Notes: generated by a model not told the origin, from the letters alone. A stretch of 64,000 nucleotides of DNA from an uncultured Verrucomicrobiae bacterium (GCA_963762565.1 CAVXLD010000003.1:288001-352000), one strand, 5' to 3'. Shown: positions 28,127 to 37,118, counted from the stretch's first letter. Numbers and translations: made by a program.

Positions 28127-30067
28127 ATGAGCGATCCCATTACGGCTCCCCCAGTAGAAAAACCATCGACGAATCTCAGCAAGCGCCCCCGTTTCTTACC
28201 GGCCATTGGGTCGCGTGGCTACTATCTGCTGCTGGCGATAGTTGCCATATTCATCCTGGGCCCTCTGGGAGGTATCTCGGCGGCGTTCATGAATTTTTCG
28301 ATCGGGTTTTTCGTGGGTGGCCAGGTTTTGGCGGGGATTCTCGGGAGTGCGGTGACGTTGGGATATGGGCCGGAGGGAAAGCATGGGGCCAACTATATCC
28401 AGACTATGGCGGCGTCGGTGGCTGGTATGTGCGGGATGGCAGTGCTGGCGCAGGCCATGACGTGGCTGGGCTTACCGCAACCACCAGCCTGGGAAATGGT
28501 GCTCTACTTTATGTGTATCGGGATGTTCGGCGTTGGTGTTGGAATGCTTTATACGCCGATCTTGGTTGATCGAATGCAGCTTATGTTCCCGTCCGGGTTC
28601 GCGGTTGCGAATATCCTGCGGGCGCTAACTGATCGCGAGCTGCTTAAGCGATCGGTCGCGAAATTGGGCGGCGGTATGGTCAGCGGCTATGTCATCGGGG
28701 TATCCTCGCTCAACCTCTCCTTTTTCACGCGTTTTGGTCTTTCCACCTCGGGTGTTGGCGTGCTGGAGAAAGCCGGTATTTCTGCGTCCACGCTAGGTGC
28801 CGGCATGATCGTTGGAGCGCGGATCGCAATTCCGGCGCTTGTGGTCGCGCTGATTGGAGTCTGGCAAACCCCTCATTTGGTGGCCATGGGTTGGCTTGGC
28901 CCGCATGATCCGTTTCGAAAAATCGGTTTCATTATCTCGCTGGGCACAATCTTGGGCGCCGCGATTATCGATATTACCCTCATTCTGATTCAGGCCGTGC
29001 GGCGGTTCATAGAAAAGAGCGGTGAAGCCGTGGCGCAGGAAGATTGGAAACGGGTCAACCAGGTCGGACTTTTAGTGTGGGTCTTGTTCTGGGGAATCGC
29101 CATTGTTGTGGTCGGTAGCCAGGTCTTGCATCAGCCCTGGTACTTTTTGGTGATCGCCGTCCTGCTCTCTTTTCTCTTTGTTCTCGTTAATGGTATTTCA
29201 CTGGGGATTTCGGACTGGAACCCGATTTCCAGCGCCTTCGTACTGAGCATTTTTTTGATGGTAGCCTTGGGATTACGCGACCCTGGAGTCGGTCTATTGG
29301 CTGCTTCAATCGTTCTGATCGCCTGCAGCGAAGGGGGTGATATGCAGCAGGATCGATCGACCGGCTGGCGTCTTGGCACGAATCGGGTGCTACAGTTTCG
29401 CTACCAAGTTATTGGGATCGCGATGGGCGCGGTCCTGGCCGTTGTCTTAGCTAAGCTCTTCATGAGCGCTTACCCAATCCTGACTCAAGATCAGTATAGT
29501 AATCCGCATCTGCCGGGGGCTGAGAAGTGGCAATCTGCCATGACTTACAAGTTTGTTGGCGCCCTGAGAGGAATTACCACCTCGCAACCGTATGTGATGA
29601 CCGCATTGTGGCTGGGGATTGGGCTTGGCCTTTTGATTCAGATCTGTCGCAAACTGATAAAGGGCAACGGTGGATACAAGCAGTTCGTGGACGGGTCACG
29701 TACTGGCAAAGTGACTGATTTTCTTTTGGATGCCGTCTTTTTATCGAGTCCTTATGCATCTTCCTTCGGTGGATTTGTCGAGATACCAACCGTCCTTTGG
29801 TGGACTGCCGGCGGTGTGATCTCTGCCCTTTACAATGGGTTAACGTCATTTCTCTCCGCTCGGCGGTCGGCCGCTTTGCGAGACAGTCAGGCTTCGGACG
29901 GTTCAAACGATATTCTAGGTGTCCCCGCCGCGTGTGCCACCACTGCAGCCCAGGGACTTCCGTCTGATATGAGTACCACTTCGCTCGTAGGAGGAGGCCT
30001 GATTGCAGGCGACTCGCTGGCCGCTCTAACCGTAGGCATTTACGGGCTACTTCACACCATCCTGTAG
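28127..30067 (+). CDS. OPT/YSL family oligopeptide transporter
   Basis: Many TM segments; NYIQTMAAS, FPSGFAVA, SDWNPIS, DMQQDRSTG, GGLIAGDSL. Confidence 0.82.
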   Translation: MSDPITAPPVEKPSTNLSKRPRFLPAIGSRGYYLLLAIVAIFILGPLGGISAAFMNFSIGFFVGGQVLAGILGSAVTLGYGPEGKHGANYIQTMAASVAGMCGMAVLAQAMTWLGLPQPPAWEMVLYFMCIGMFGVGVGMLYTPILVDRMQLMFPSGFAVANILRALTDRELLKRSVAKLGGGMVSGYVIGVSSLNLSFFTRFGLSTSGVGVLEKAGISASTLGAGMIVGARIAIPALVVALIGVWQTPHLVAMGWLGPHDPFRKIGFIISLGTILGAAIIDITLILIQAVRRFIEKSGEAVAQEDWKRVNQVGLLVWVLFWGIAIVVVGSQVLHQPWYFLVIAVLLSFLFVLVNGISLGISDWNPISSAFVLSIFLMVALGLRDPGVGLLAASIVLIACSEGGDMQQDRSTGWRLGTNRVLQFRYQVIGIAMGAVLAVVLAKLFMSAYPILTQDQYSNPHLPGAEKWQSAMTYKFVGALRGITTSQPYVMTALWLGIGLGLLIQICRKLIKGNGGYKQFVDGSRTGKVTDFLLDAVFLSSPYASSFGGFVEIPTVLWWTAGGVISALYNGLTSFLSARRSAALRDSQASDGSNDILGVPAACATTAAQGLPSDMSTTSLVGGGLIAGDSLAALTVGIYGLLHTIL

Positions 30068-30317
30068 GGCTCGCCTTAGGCTCGCCCTGTGAGAGTGAGA
30101 GGTGAGACGTGAGAGGTGAGAAGTGATTCGTGATCGTTCGTGCTGGTACGCCAGGGAACGTCACAGCCATGTCCCATAGGCCACATAAGTCTCCGTCGCG
30201 CTGCCACCCCGGCGGACCCCACCAATCACTTCTCACCAATCACCTCTCACTTCTCACCAGGCGAGCCTAAGCGAGCCCCAGGGTTGCGGAGGACCCAATC
30301 TCGTTCTAGATCTGGGC

Positions 30318-31391
30318 GTGCAAGATTTTACGGCGGGTGGGATACACGCACTGCATGCAGCATTTGCGTCGTCCGGGGATGAAGAGTTCGATCGGCGTAT
30401 CCGGGAGTTGTTGGTGGACTGGGGAGTCAAGGACTCGCCGGAGTTGATCGCAGAAATGATTGTGACGGCTTTGCGCATGGGCCGTGACGCTGTGCCGGTC
30501 GCTGATCTCAAGATGATCAATCGGTCTTTAAAAGAGCTGCGAGTAGCGTCGAAGGTTTTTGCTCCCTATCAGGGAGTGCGCAAGGTCGCCGTCTTTGGGT
30601 CTGCCCGGACCGCGCCCACCGCTCCCGAGTTTTTAGCGGCCGAAAAGTTTGCTTCGGCGATGCGAAGCGAGGGCTACATGATCGTCACTGGAGGTGGGGA
30701 CGGGATCATGGGAGCGGCTCAGCGGGGTGCCGGGCGGGAGCACAGCTTTGGCCTGAATATTCGTTTACCGTTTGAACAGCGAGCAAACGAGATCATCGAC
30801 GGCGACCCGAAACTTGTGAATTTTAACTACTTCTTTACCCGGAAACTCAACTTCCTGAAGGAAAGTCACGCGTTGGCGTTGTTCCCGGGCGGGTTCGGCA
30901 CGATGGATGAAGGCTTCGAATGTCTGACGTTAATGCAGACTGGGAAATCCCGAATCATACCGATGGTCCTGGTTGATAAACCCGGAGGGGACTACTGGAC
31001 GACATGGATTCATTTTCTTCAGGACCATCTCTTGAAGGAGGGTCTGGTTTCGGCGGATGATTTTCATCTGTTCAGCGTTACAGACGATGTGACCGTCGCA
31101 CTGAAGGAAATCGTGGGGTTCTACCGGAATTTTCATTCCTACCGCTGGGTTGGTGAGCAGCTCGTGTTCCGGTTGCAGAAACCCCTTACCGATCAAGCAG
31201 TAGAACGCTTGAATCAGGAATTTGCCGATCTTTTTGAGAAACGTCCATTGGCGGTTACGACCCCGTTAAAACCGGAGAAGAACGAGCCGGATACTCTCCA
31301 TATGCCAAGGCTAATCTGCGGTCCCCACCGCCGGAATTTCGGCCGGATGCGTCTGTTGATTGATGGAATTAATGCGGCCGCGGAGCGGTAA
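30318..31391 (+). CDS. LOG family (TIGR00730-like) nucleotide-binding protein
   Basis: VFGSAR, TGGGDGIMGA, YFFTRK, FPGGFGTMDE motifs. Confidence 0.9.
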   Translation: MQDFTAGGIHALHAAFASSGDEEFDRRIRELLVDWGVKDSPELIAEMIVTALRMGRDAVPVADLKMINRSLKELRVASKVFAPYQGVRKVAVFGSARTAPTAPEFLAAEKFASAMRSEGYMIVTGGGDGIMGAAQRGAGREHSFGLNIRLPFEQRANEIIDGDPKLVNFNYFFTRKLNFLKESHALALFPGGFGTMDEGFECLTLMQTGKSRIIPMVLVDKPGGDYWTTWIHFLQDHLLKEGLVSADDFHLFSVTDDVTVALKEIVGFYRNFHSYRWVGEQLVFRLQKPLTDQAVERLNQEFADLFEKRPLAVTTPLKPEKNEPDTLHMPRLICGPHRRNFGRMRLLIDGINAAAER

Positions 31392-31474
31392 TTTGTGACC
31401 CACTTTGCTGGGCCCTCTTTTGGTAGATGCCATGGTGTTGTCAGGCTGCCGGATCAACAGCAGCCTGACAAACA

Positions 31475-32581
31475 ATGATTGAATACAAACTCAAGGCGGC
31501 ACCGACCGCCGTAAGCCAGGAAAAGAACAGCCAAAAGGAAGCGAAGGCAAACCGGATCGTGCTGGGAGTCGATGCGCACCTAAAGAGCTATCAGGCGGCC
31601 CGCAAGATCGATAACGGGGCTGTGGGAGTAGCCCAGACATTCGGGAGCAAGGAAGCGTTGTTGCTTTACGTTGAGAAGCAGCGAGAGCAAGCCAAGGAAG
31701 TGGTGGTGGTCTACGAAGCCGGGCCGCTGGGGTACTCGCTGTATCGGCAGTTAAAGGCAAGCGGGATTGAGTGCCTGGTCTGTGCACCCCGCAGCGGAGA
31801 GCAGAAGAGGAAGCGGGGCAAGAACAACTCAATTGATGCGCGAACCTTAACCAGTGATCTGAGCAATTATCTCAATGGCAATGAGCAAGCGCTGCAACTG
31901 GTCAGAATACCGAGGGAGGCTCAAGAGCAGGCTCGAGTGGAAAGTCGCCAGCACGATGCGCTGGTGCAAGAACGCCAGCGCATCGGCGTCATGGGCAACT
32001 CCCTTTTGCTGAGCCAGGGCTACCAGAGCTGGAGCAATTGGTGGCGGCCCAAAGCTTTTGAGCACTTAAGCAAGGGGGTGGCGCCTTGGATTGTAAAACA
32101 TCTTGGTCGCTGGGTTGGGATATTACGCGAGCTAGACCAGCAAATTGAGCAAGCCAAGGCAGAGCTAACCAAGCAGTACCAAGGCCCACGGCCAAAGGGG
32201 ATGGGAGCTCCCAGCTTGGCGCAATTGAATGCTGAAGTACTGGATTGGAATCTTTACTCAACTGAACGCAAGATCGGCTGCTTAGCCGGGATGGTGCCCA
32301 GTGAATGGAGCAGCGGAGAGAGCCAACGCTTGGGTGCAATCACCAAAGTGGGACTACCGGCTCTGCGGCGCATCATCACCGAGATGGTCTGGCGGATGAT
32401 CCTCTTCCAGCCCGAGTATAAAGCGGTGCAAAAATGGCGTGAGCTACTGGAGGGCTCTAACCGAGGACTGAAGAAAAAAGCCGTGGTGGCCATCGGCCGG
32501 CAACTGATCGTCGATATCTGGCGGCTACAAACCGGTCGTATTACTGCCCAGCAATTGGGTCTCATCATGATCGAGGGCTAA
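31475..32581 (+). CDS. IS110-family transposase / bridge recombinase
   Basis: RuvC-like VLGVDAH, YEAGPLGY, KNNSIDA; C-terminal AGMVPSEWSSG...GAITKVG with catalytic Ser; KKAVVAIGRQL. Confidence 0.93.
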   Translation: MIEYKLKAAPTAVSQEKNSQKEAKANRIVLGVDAHLKSYQAARKIDNGAVGVAQTFGSKEALLLYVEKQREQAKEVVVVYEAGPLGYSLYRQLKASGIECLVCAPRSGEQKRKRGKNNSIDARTLTSDLSNYLNGNEQALQLVRIPREAQEQARVESRQHDALVQERQRIGVMGNSLLLSQGYQSWSNWWRPKAFEHLSKGVAPWIVKHLGRWVGILRELDQQIEQAKAELTKQYQGPRPKGMGAPSLAQLNAEVLDWNLYSTERKIGCLAGMVPSEWSSGESQRLGAITKVGLPALRRIITEMVWRMILFQPEYKAVQKWRELLEGSNRGLKKKAVVAIGRQLIVDIWRLQTGRITAQQLGLIMIEG

Positions 32582-32739
32582 AACCATTTTAGAAGTGACC
32601 CGAAGACTCGGGTTTTAACTTGGGGCTCTGCCCCAAACCCCGGTTCGGGGGAAACAGGAGCAAGCTGGCGCCTCTAAAGAGGCCCCATGGTTAAGGGAGA
32701 AGCTGACACAGCACTAGACTAAACATTTTAACTCTGGAC

Positions 32740-32920
32740 TTTGGAACGGCGCGCGCTCGTGCTCGCCCCTGGGCTTTAAAAGCCCGTTGGTAGATTGGGC
32801 GCGCTCGTTCCTCTTGAGCGATGCGTATAGAGCATCTTGCGCTGTCAAACCCTGACAGGCCGGATAGGAGGCTGCCTTGTCCCAATCGAGCTCGGAGACA
32901 TGAGCCACAAGAGGAAACGT
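32740..32920 (+). ncRNA. Predicted bridge/seek RNA core (target- and donor-binding loops); transcript ends unknown
   Basis: Loop 1: CTCGCCCC / hairpin / TTGGTAG matches both halves of the target. Loop 2: GCATCT / hairpin / ATAGGAG matches both halves of the circle junction. Closing stems are present. Confidence 0.75.
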
Positions 32921-33034
32921 ACCAACCGTCGCAAACCGGCTCGATCTCTGAACTAAAAATTTTGGCAACTACGTTGCTCTACAAAAGATGACAAACCGCT
33001 AAAAACACGCTGGGTAGCTTGACAACACCATAGG

Positions 33035-33250
33035 GGGGCGAGGCTCCCGAATGACCCTACGATCTTCGCGGAAGGTACGAAGGTTTCCCCTAGAAGACGT
33101 GTAACCGGGACGATAAGCGTGCCGAGCCGTGTCCCAGCGCTGGGTCCCGGCTCGGCCGATTATCGTCCTAGCTGTGCCTCTCTTCTGGCGCTGGCATTTA
33201 ATCCTTCGCGAAAATCGCAAGGTCTTTCGGGAGCCTCGCCCCACCAAAAA
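33035..33250. repeat. Family A palindrome (left tip at 31418-31424, displaced by the IS)
   Basis: GGGGCGAGGCTCCCGAA...GCCGAGCCG..CGGCTCGGC...TTCGGGAGCCTCGCCCCACCAAAA. Confidence 0.85.
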
Positions 33251-33267
33251 CGGGGCTGCAACCCGAC

Positions 33268-33540
33268 CTAAGCGGCGCTACGGCCTGTCTGTTCGAGGAT
33301 ATAGTCGTGAATCGTGTTAACCGACGCTAACGCGACTCGAGCGACATCAGAGTTTGGCACTCCAACACCGAAGGCCTTTTCGATGCTGACGACCAGTTGC
33401 AAAGCGTCAATCGAGTCTAAGCCCAGGCCGTCCGGGCCAAAAAGGGGCAAGTCGTTAGCGATTTCTTCTTTTGGAGTTCGGAGCATAAGGTTTGTGATCA
33501 ACATGTCCTTGATTTGCTCCTTAAGTTCTTCTGATGGCAT
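33268..33540 (-). CDS. Acyl carrier protein
   Basis: PLFGPDGLGLDSIDALQLVVSIEKAFGV phosphopantetheine-Ser motif. Confidence 0.9.
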   Translation of the reverse strand: MPSEELKEQIKDMLITNLMLRTPKEEIANDLPLFGPDGLGLDSIDALQLVVSIEKAFGVGVPNSDVARVALASVNTIHDYILEQTGRSAA

Positions 33541-33639
33541 AAATAGAGACGCGCCCGGATGGGACCGAATAGATTTGGCGGATTAAATCTTTATTCAAGC
33601 GTAAAGTTACCAAAGAAACCTCGGAAGAAGGATCAAAAA

Positions 33640-34377
33640 ATGGCGGCCGCCAAGAAAGTTCGCCTGGACAAATTATTGGTTGATCTAGGTCATTTTGAAT
33701 CCCGGGAACGGGCACAGCGATCGATACTGGCCGGTCGGGTTCTGGTGAACGAGCGAGTATCAGACAAGCCGGGGTTATTGGTTTTGCCGGAAGCCCCCAT
33801 CCGGGTGGCCGAGCGCGAGCGTTACGTGAGTCGCGGGGGTCTTAAGTTGGAGGCGGCTCTTGATTTTTTTCAGATCGATCCGTTGGGGTGGCATTGTCTT
33901 GACGTTGGGGCTTCCACAGGTGGTTTCACGGATTGTCTCCTGCAGCGGGGGGCTGCCGACGTGGTGGCGGTAGACGTCGGGCACAATCAGCTGGCTTGGA
34001 AAATTCGTTCTGATCCGAGGGTAACTACCATCGAGGGAGCCAATGCCCGGTTTATTACCGGGGAGCAAGTTGGCGCTGGCTTCGATCTTGCCGTTGCTGA
34101 TCTCTCTTTCATCTCCTTAACCCTGGTGTTAGATAACGTTCTAAAGCTCTTGCAGCGCAACGGCGAGGCCATCGTGCTTATTAAACCCCAGTTTGAATTG
34201 GACCCCCATCGAGTCGGTAAGGGCGGCATCGTCCGCGAGGAGGCTGATCGCCTAGCCGCAGTGTCGAAAATAAAGGAGTTTGTCGTACATCAATTGGCGC
34301 GAGAGTGGCGCGGAGTCATCCCTTCTCCGACTCTGGGTACGAAAGGGAACCAGGAATATTTAGCATGTCTTCGTTGA
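33640..34377 (+). CDS. tlyA: TlyA family rRNA methyltransferase
   Basis: S4 domain RLDKLLV; YVSRGGLKL, LDVGASTGGFTD, DLSFISL, LIKPQFE, GNQEY. Confidence 0.95.
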   Translation: MAAAKKVRLDKLLVDLGHFESRERAQRSILAGRVLVNERVSDKPGLLVLPEAPIRVAERERYVSRGGLKLEAALDFFQIDPLGWHCLDVGASTGGFTDCLLQRGAADVVAVDVGHNQLAWKIRSDPRVTTIEGANARFITGEQVGAGFDLAVADLSFISLTLVLDNVLKLLQRNGEAIVLIKPQFELDPHRVGKGGIVREEADRLAAVSKIKEFVVHQLAREWRGVIPSPTLGTKGNQEYLACLR

Positions 34378-35234
34378 CGTTAGGGTTATACGCGCATTGG
34401 CGAAAACCAGGAGCTGGAGACTCGCTGCAGGACCTCTATCAGTGTCTGCAAAAGGTCGGCATCAAGACCTTGATTGAGGAAAAATCGGCCGAGTTAATCG
34501 GTCTCAAGGGCCTGACTGTGGATCAGCTCCGTGACCAGGTCGACCTTTTCCTGACTATCGGCGGCGATGGCACCCTGCTTCGCTTGGTGCGCGATCTGCG
34601 CGGCAAAATGAAGCCGGTTATGGGGATTAATTTCGGGTCGCTCGGTTTTTTGACCGGTTTCGGCGGCCCTAGCTTTGCCGAAGCCGCTAAAGCTTTAGCG
34701 TCAGGCGACTACCGCACGGAAGAGCGCACGTTGTTGGAAGCAACTGTGCGTGGTCCGGGTGGGCAGATCGTTTCGCGACTCGGCCTAAACGACGTGGTTG
34801 TGAGCCGGGGCGACCGTTCTCGACTGGTGCAGATCGAAGTGACGATCGATCAAGTCTGTCTCACGGAGTACAATGCTGATGGCCTGATCGTAGCAACCTC
34901 CACCGGGTCAACCGCTTACTCACTTTCTGCCGGCGGCCCCATTGTGATACCGAACTCGGGTGTTTTCGTGGTGACGCCGATCTGCCCGCACGTACTAACA
35001 AACCGTTCCGTAGTGGTATCGAACCGTTCTACGATTCGATTGAAAGCCAGCCATCGAAGCGCTCAGCAACCGATTTCGCTGAGTATCGATGGTCAGGAGC
35101 CGATTCATTTTCATATCGGAGACGACGTAACCGTCAAAGCTGCCGACGTCACTTTACCCCTGGTGTTTCCGAGCAATTTCACCTTTGCCGGCGTGTTGCG
35201 CGCGAAACTGGGTTGGAGTGGAAGCGCCATATGA
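34365..35234 (+). CDS. nadK: NAD kinase
   Basis: GGDGTLL, GSLGFL, LND, DGLIVATSTGSTAYSLSAGGP, PICPH. Confidence 0.95.
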   Translation: MSSLTLGLYAHWRKPGAGDSLQDLYQCLQKVGIKTLIEEKSAELIGLKGLTVDQLRDQVDLFLTIGGDGTLLRLVRDLRGKMKPVMGINFGSLGFLTGFGGPSFAEAAKALASGDYRTEERTLLEATVRGPGGQIVSRLGLNDVVVSRGDRSRLVQIEVTIDQVCLTEYNADGLIVATSTGSTAYSLSAGGPIVIPNSGVFVVTPICPHVLTNRSVVVSNRSTIRLKASHRSAQQPISLSIDGQEPIHFHIGDDVTVKAADVTLPLVFPSNFTFAGVLRAKLGWSGSAI

Positions 35235-35689
35235 ATCGGATCAGAGAGACATTGCTGCCCAAGCAAATCCTATTGGACGTCAATGCAACGACCCGAGAAG
35301 AGGCGATAAAGGAGGTTACCGATTCGTTGCGAGGCGATAATCGTATCGTCGACTGGCCGGGGTTTGTCGAAACCCTGGCGGAGTGCGCGCGCAGCCAAAA
35401 GGTCAATATCGGCCTTGGTTTGACCATCCCGCATAATCGCACCGATACTGTGACATCGATGGTGATGGCGTTCGGGCGTTTAGCTCAGCCCATCCGCCGC
35501 GGGCAAGCCAGCATTCGATTTGTCCTCGTGATCGGCATTCCGGAGACCATGGATGCGGATTACTTAAGGCTGGTCGGTGTTCTGATGAGGGCATTCCGGG
35601 AAAAAGAACTCCGCAAGACACTGGAGACCGCGGAGACGCCGGAGGAGGTGCTTTCGGCGTTTGAGAAAGGCGAAACGCGGCTGACCTGA
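35231..35689 (+). CDS. PTS EIIA domain protein (PtsN/fructose-type)
   Basis: IGLGLTIPHNR phospho-His motif, about 150 aa. Confidence 0.8.
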   Translation: MNRIRETLLPKQILLDVNATTREEAIKEVTDSLRGDNRIVDWPGFVETLAECARSQKVNIGLGLTIPHNRTDTVTSMVMAFGRLAQPIRRGQASIRFVLVIGIPETMDADYLRLVGVLMRAFREKELRKTLETAETPEEVLSAFEKGETRLT

Positions 35690-35885
35690 GTTTAGGAGCT
35701 AGGAGCTAGAATCTAGGAGCTAGTAGGGGCGTCATGGCCTATCAACGACCGGCGCTAGCAACCGAATGTGCCTGTGGAGCGAGTCTCACGCCGGCTCCGC
35801 TGTGCACGATCGATCGCCCCTCCTAGCTCCTAGATTCTAGCTCCTAGCTCCTGAACTGATTACTGTTTTGCTGATTGCTGACTAC
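35690..35885. repeat. Inverted (GGAGCTA)n/(TAGCTCC)n heptamer arms
   Basis: AGGAGCTAGGAGCTAGAATCTAGGAGCTAG...CTAGCTCCTAGATTCTAGCTCCTAGCTCCT. Confidence 0.8.
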
Positions 35886-35895
35886 TCTCTCTGAC

Positions 35896-36822
35896 ATGGC
35901 CCACGATCATCACCATTCCGAAGAAGGTGCCGACGCGCACAACCATGCTCCGGCTGATTTTGGTTGGCGCTTTATGGTCGGGGTCGTCTTGAACCTGGCG
36001 TTCGTCGTAATCGAAGCTGGGTTTGGGTTCGCGGTTAACTCTCTGGCCTTAGTGGCGGATGCGGGCCATAACCTGAGCGACGTGCTAGGACTGTCTCTAG
36101 CTTGGGGAGCATTCGCTTTGTCCAGGCGCGCACCGAGCGTTCGCCGAACCTACGGGATGCGACGGTCGTCGATCTTGGCGGCCCTTTTTAACGCACTGTT
36201 TCTCCTGTTCGCGATCGGCGCGATCGCTTGGGAGGCCATCCAACGATTTGGGCATCCAGAGCCGGTCTCTGGCTGGACCGTAGTGATTGTGGCGTTAAGT
36301 GGGATCGCGGTAAACGGTGTCACAGCGATGCTGTTCGCCGGCGGCCAGAAAGAGGATCTCAATGTGCGTGCCGCCTTTCTCCATATGGCGGCAGATACGG
36401 TTGTCTCTGCCGGAGTGGTTCTGGGTGGCCTCCTGATTTTAGCGACTCAGTGGTCTTGGATCGATCCAGTCTTGAGCCTAGCGATAACCGCCATCATTTT
36501 CTGGGGCACATGGGGGTTACTCCGAGAGTCAGTTGATCTCTCTTTAGATGCGGTCCCGGCTTCGATCGATCCAAAGAAAGTTAAGGCGTTCCTTGAGTCG
36601 TGGCCGGAAGTTGCCGAGGTACACGATCTGCATATTTGGCCGTTGAGTACGACCGAACCCGCGCTGACCGCTCATCTGGTAATGCCGAATCACGACTGTT
36701 CCGACGAAGAAATTCAAAGGATTTCTCAGGCGCTCGCCACAGAGTTCGGCATCCCGCATTCAACGCTGCAAATCGAGCGGGGCAGTGTGCCCTGTCCGTT
36801 CGCTTCGGAGAAAGCCTTGTAG
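35896..36822 (+). CDS. Cation diffusion facilitator (ZitB/CzcD-like)
   Basis: His-rich N-terminus, SLALVADAGHNLSD, NVRAAFLHMAAD, VHDLHIW, HSTLQIE. Confidence 0.93.
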   Translation: MAHDHHHSEEGADAHNHAPADFGWRFMVGVVLNLAFVVIEAGFGFAVNSLALVADAGHNLSDVLGLSLAWGAFALSRRAPSVRRTYGMRRSSILAALFNALFLLFAIGAIAWEAIQRFGHPEPVSGWTVVIVALSGIAVNGVTAMLFAGGQKEDLNVRAAFLHMAADTVVSAGVVLGGLLILATQWSWIDPVLSLAITAIIFWGTWGLLRESVDLSLDAVPASIDPKKVKAFLESWPEVAEVHDLHIWPLSTTEPALTAHLVMPNHDCSDEEIQRISQALATEFGIPHSTLQIERGSVPCPFASEKAL

Positions 36823-36845
36823 TGGGGTAATCAGTTTAGGAGCTA

Positions 36846-37118
36846 GTGTCCTGTCCCATAAATAACGTGGCTTTCGTTGCGATCAAAATGGGCCGCCGGC
36901 AAGGCGGGAGGAGGGCGCATATCTAGATCGATACGTAACCGACGAGCAACGCAGCCGCCGGCCCATTCTCATCGCAACCCTCCGGGCCGTGGCCAGTTGG
37001 CTGTTTTTCCGCGTTGCTCGCTCGACCCGTATGAATCAGATATGGGCGCTTCGCTCGCGCCTTGAAAAACAGCCACCTGACCGACGGCGAAAGCCACGTT
37101 ATTTATGGGACAGGACAC
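36846..37118. mobile_element. MITE, family D (273 bp, 31-bp perfect TIR, TA duplication)
   Basis: TA|GTGTCCTGTCCCATAAATAACGTGGCTTTCG ... CGAAAGCCACGTTATTTATGGGACAGGACAC|TA; second copy at 61386-61675. Confidence 0.88.

Larger units (their letters stand above)
31425..33034 (+). mobile_element. IS110-family, IS1111-type insertion sequence (1610 bp) inserted in a family A palindrome
   Basis: Sub-terminal IRs ATGGTGTTGTCAGGCTGCC (31432-31450) and GGTAGCTTGACAACACCAT (33013-33031), 7 bp and 3 bp inside the ends; long non-coding right end; removal restores a perfect 24-bp palindrome arm. Confidence 0.9.

Noticed and set aside
36877..37065. Similar ORFs MRSKWAAGKA... here and at 61375-61644
   Set aside because: They lie inside the MITE, the frames diverge between copies, and there is no transposase motif
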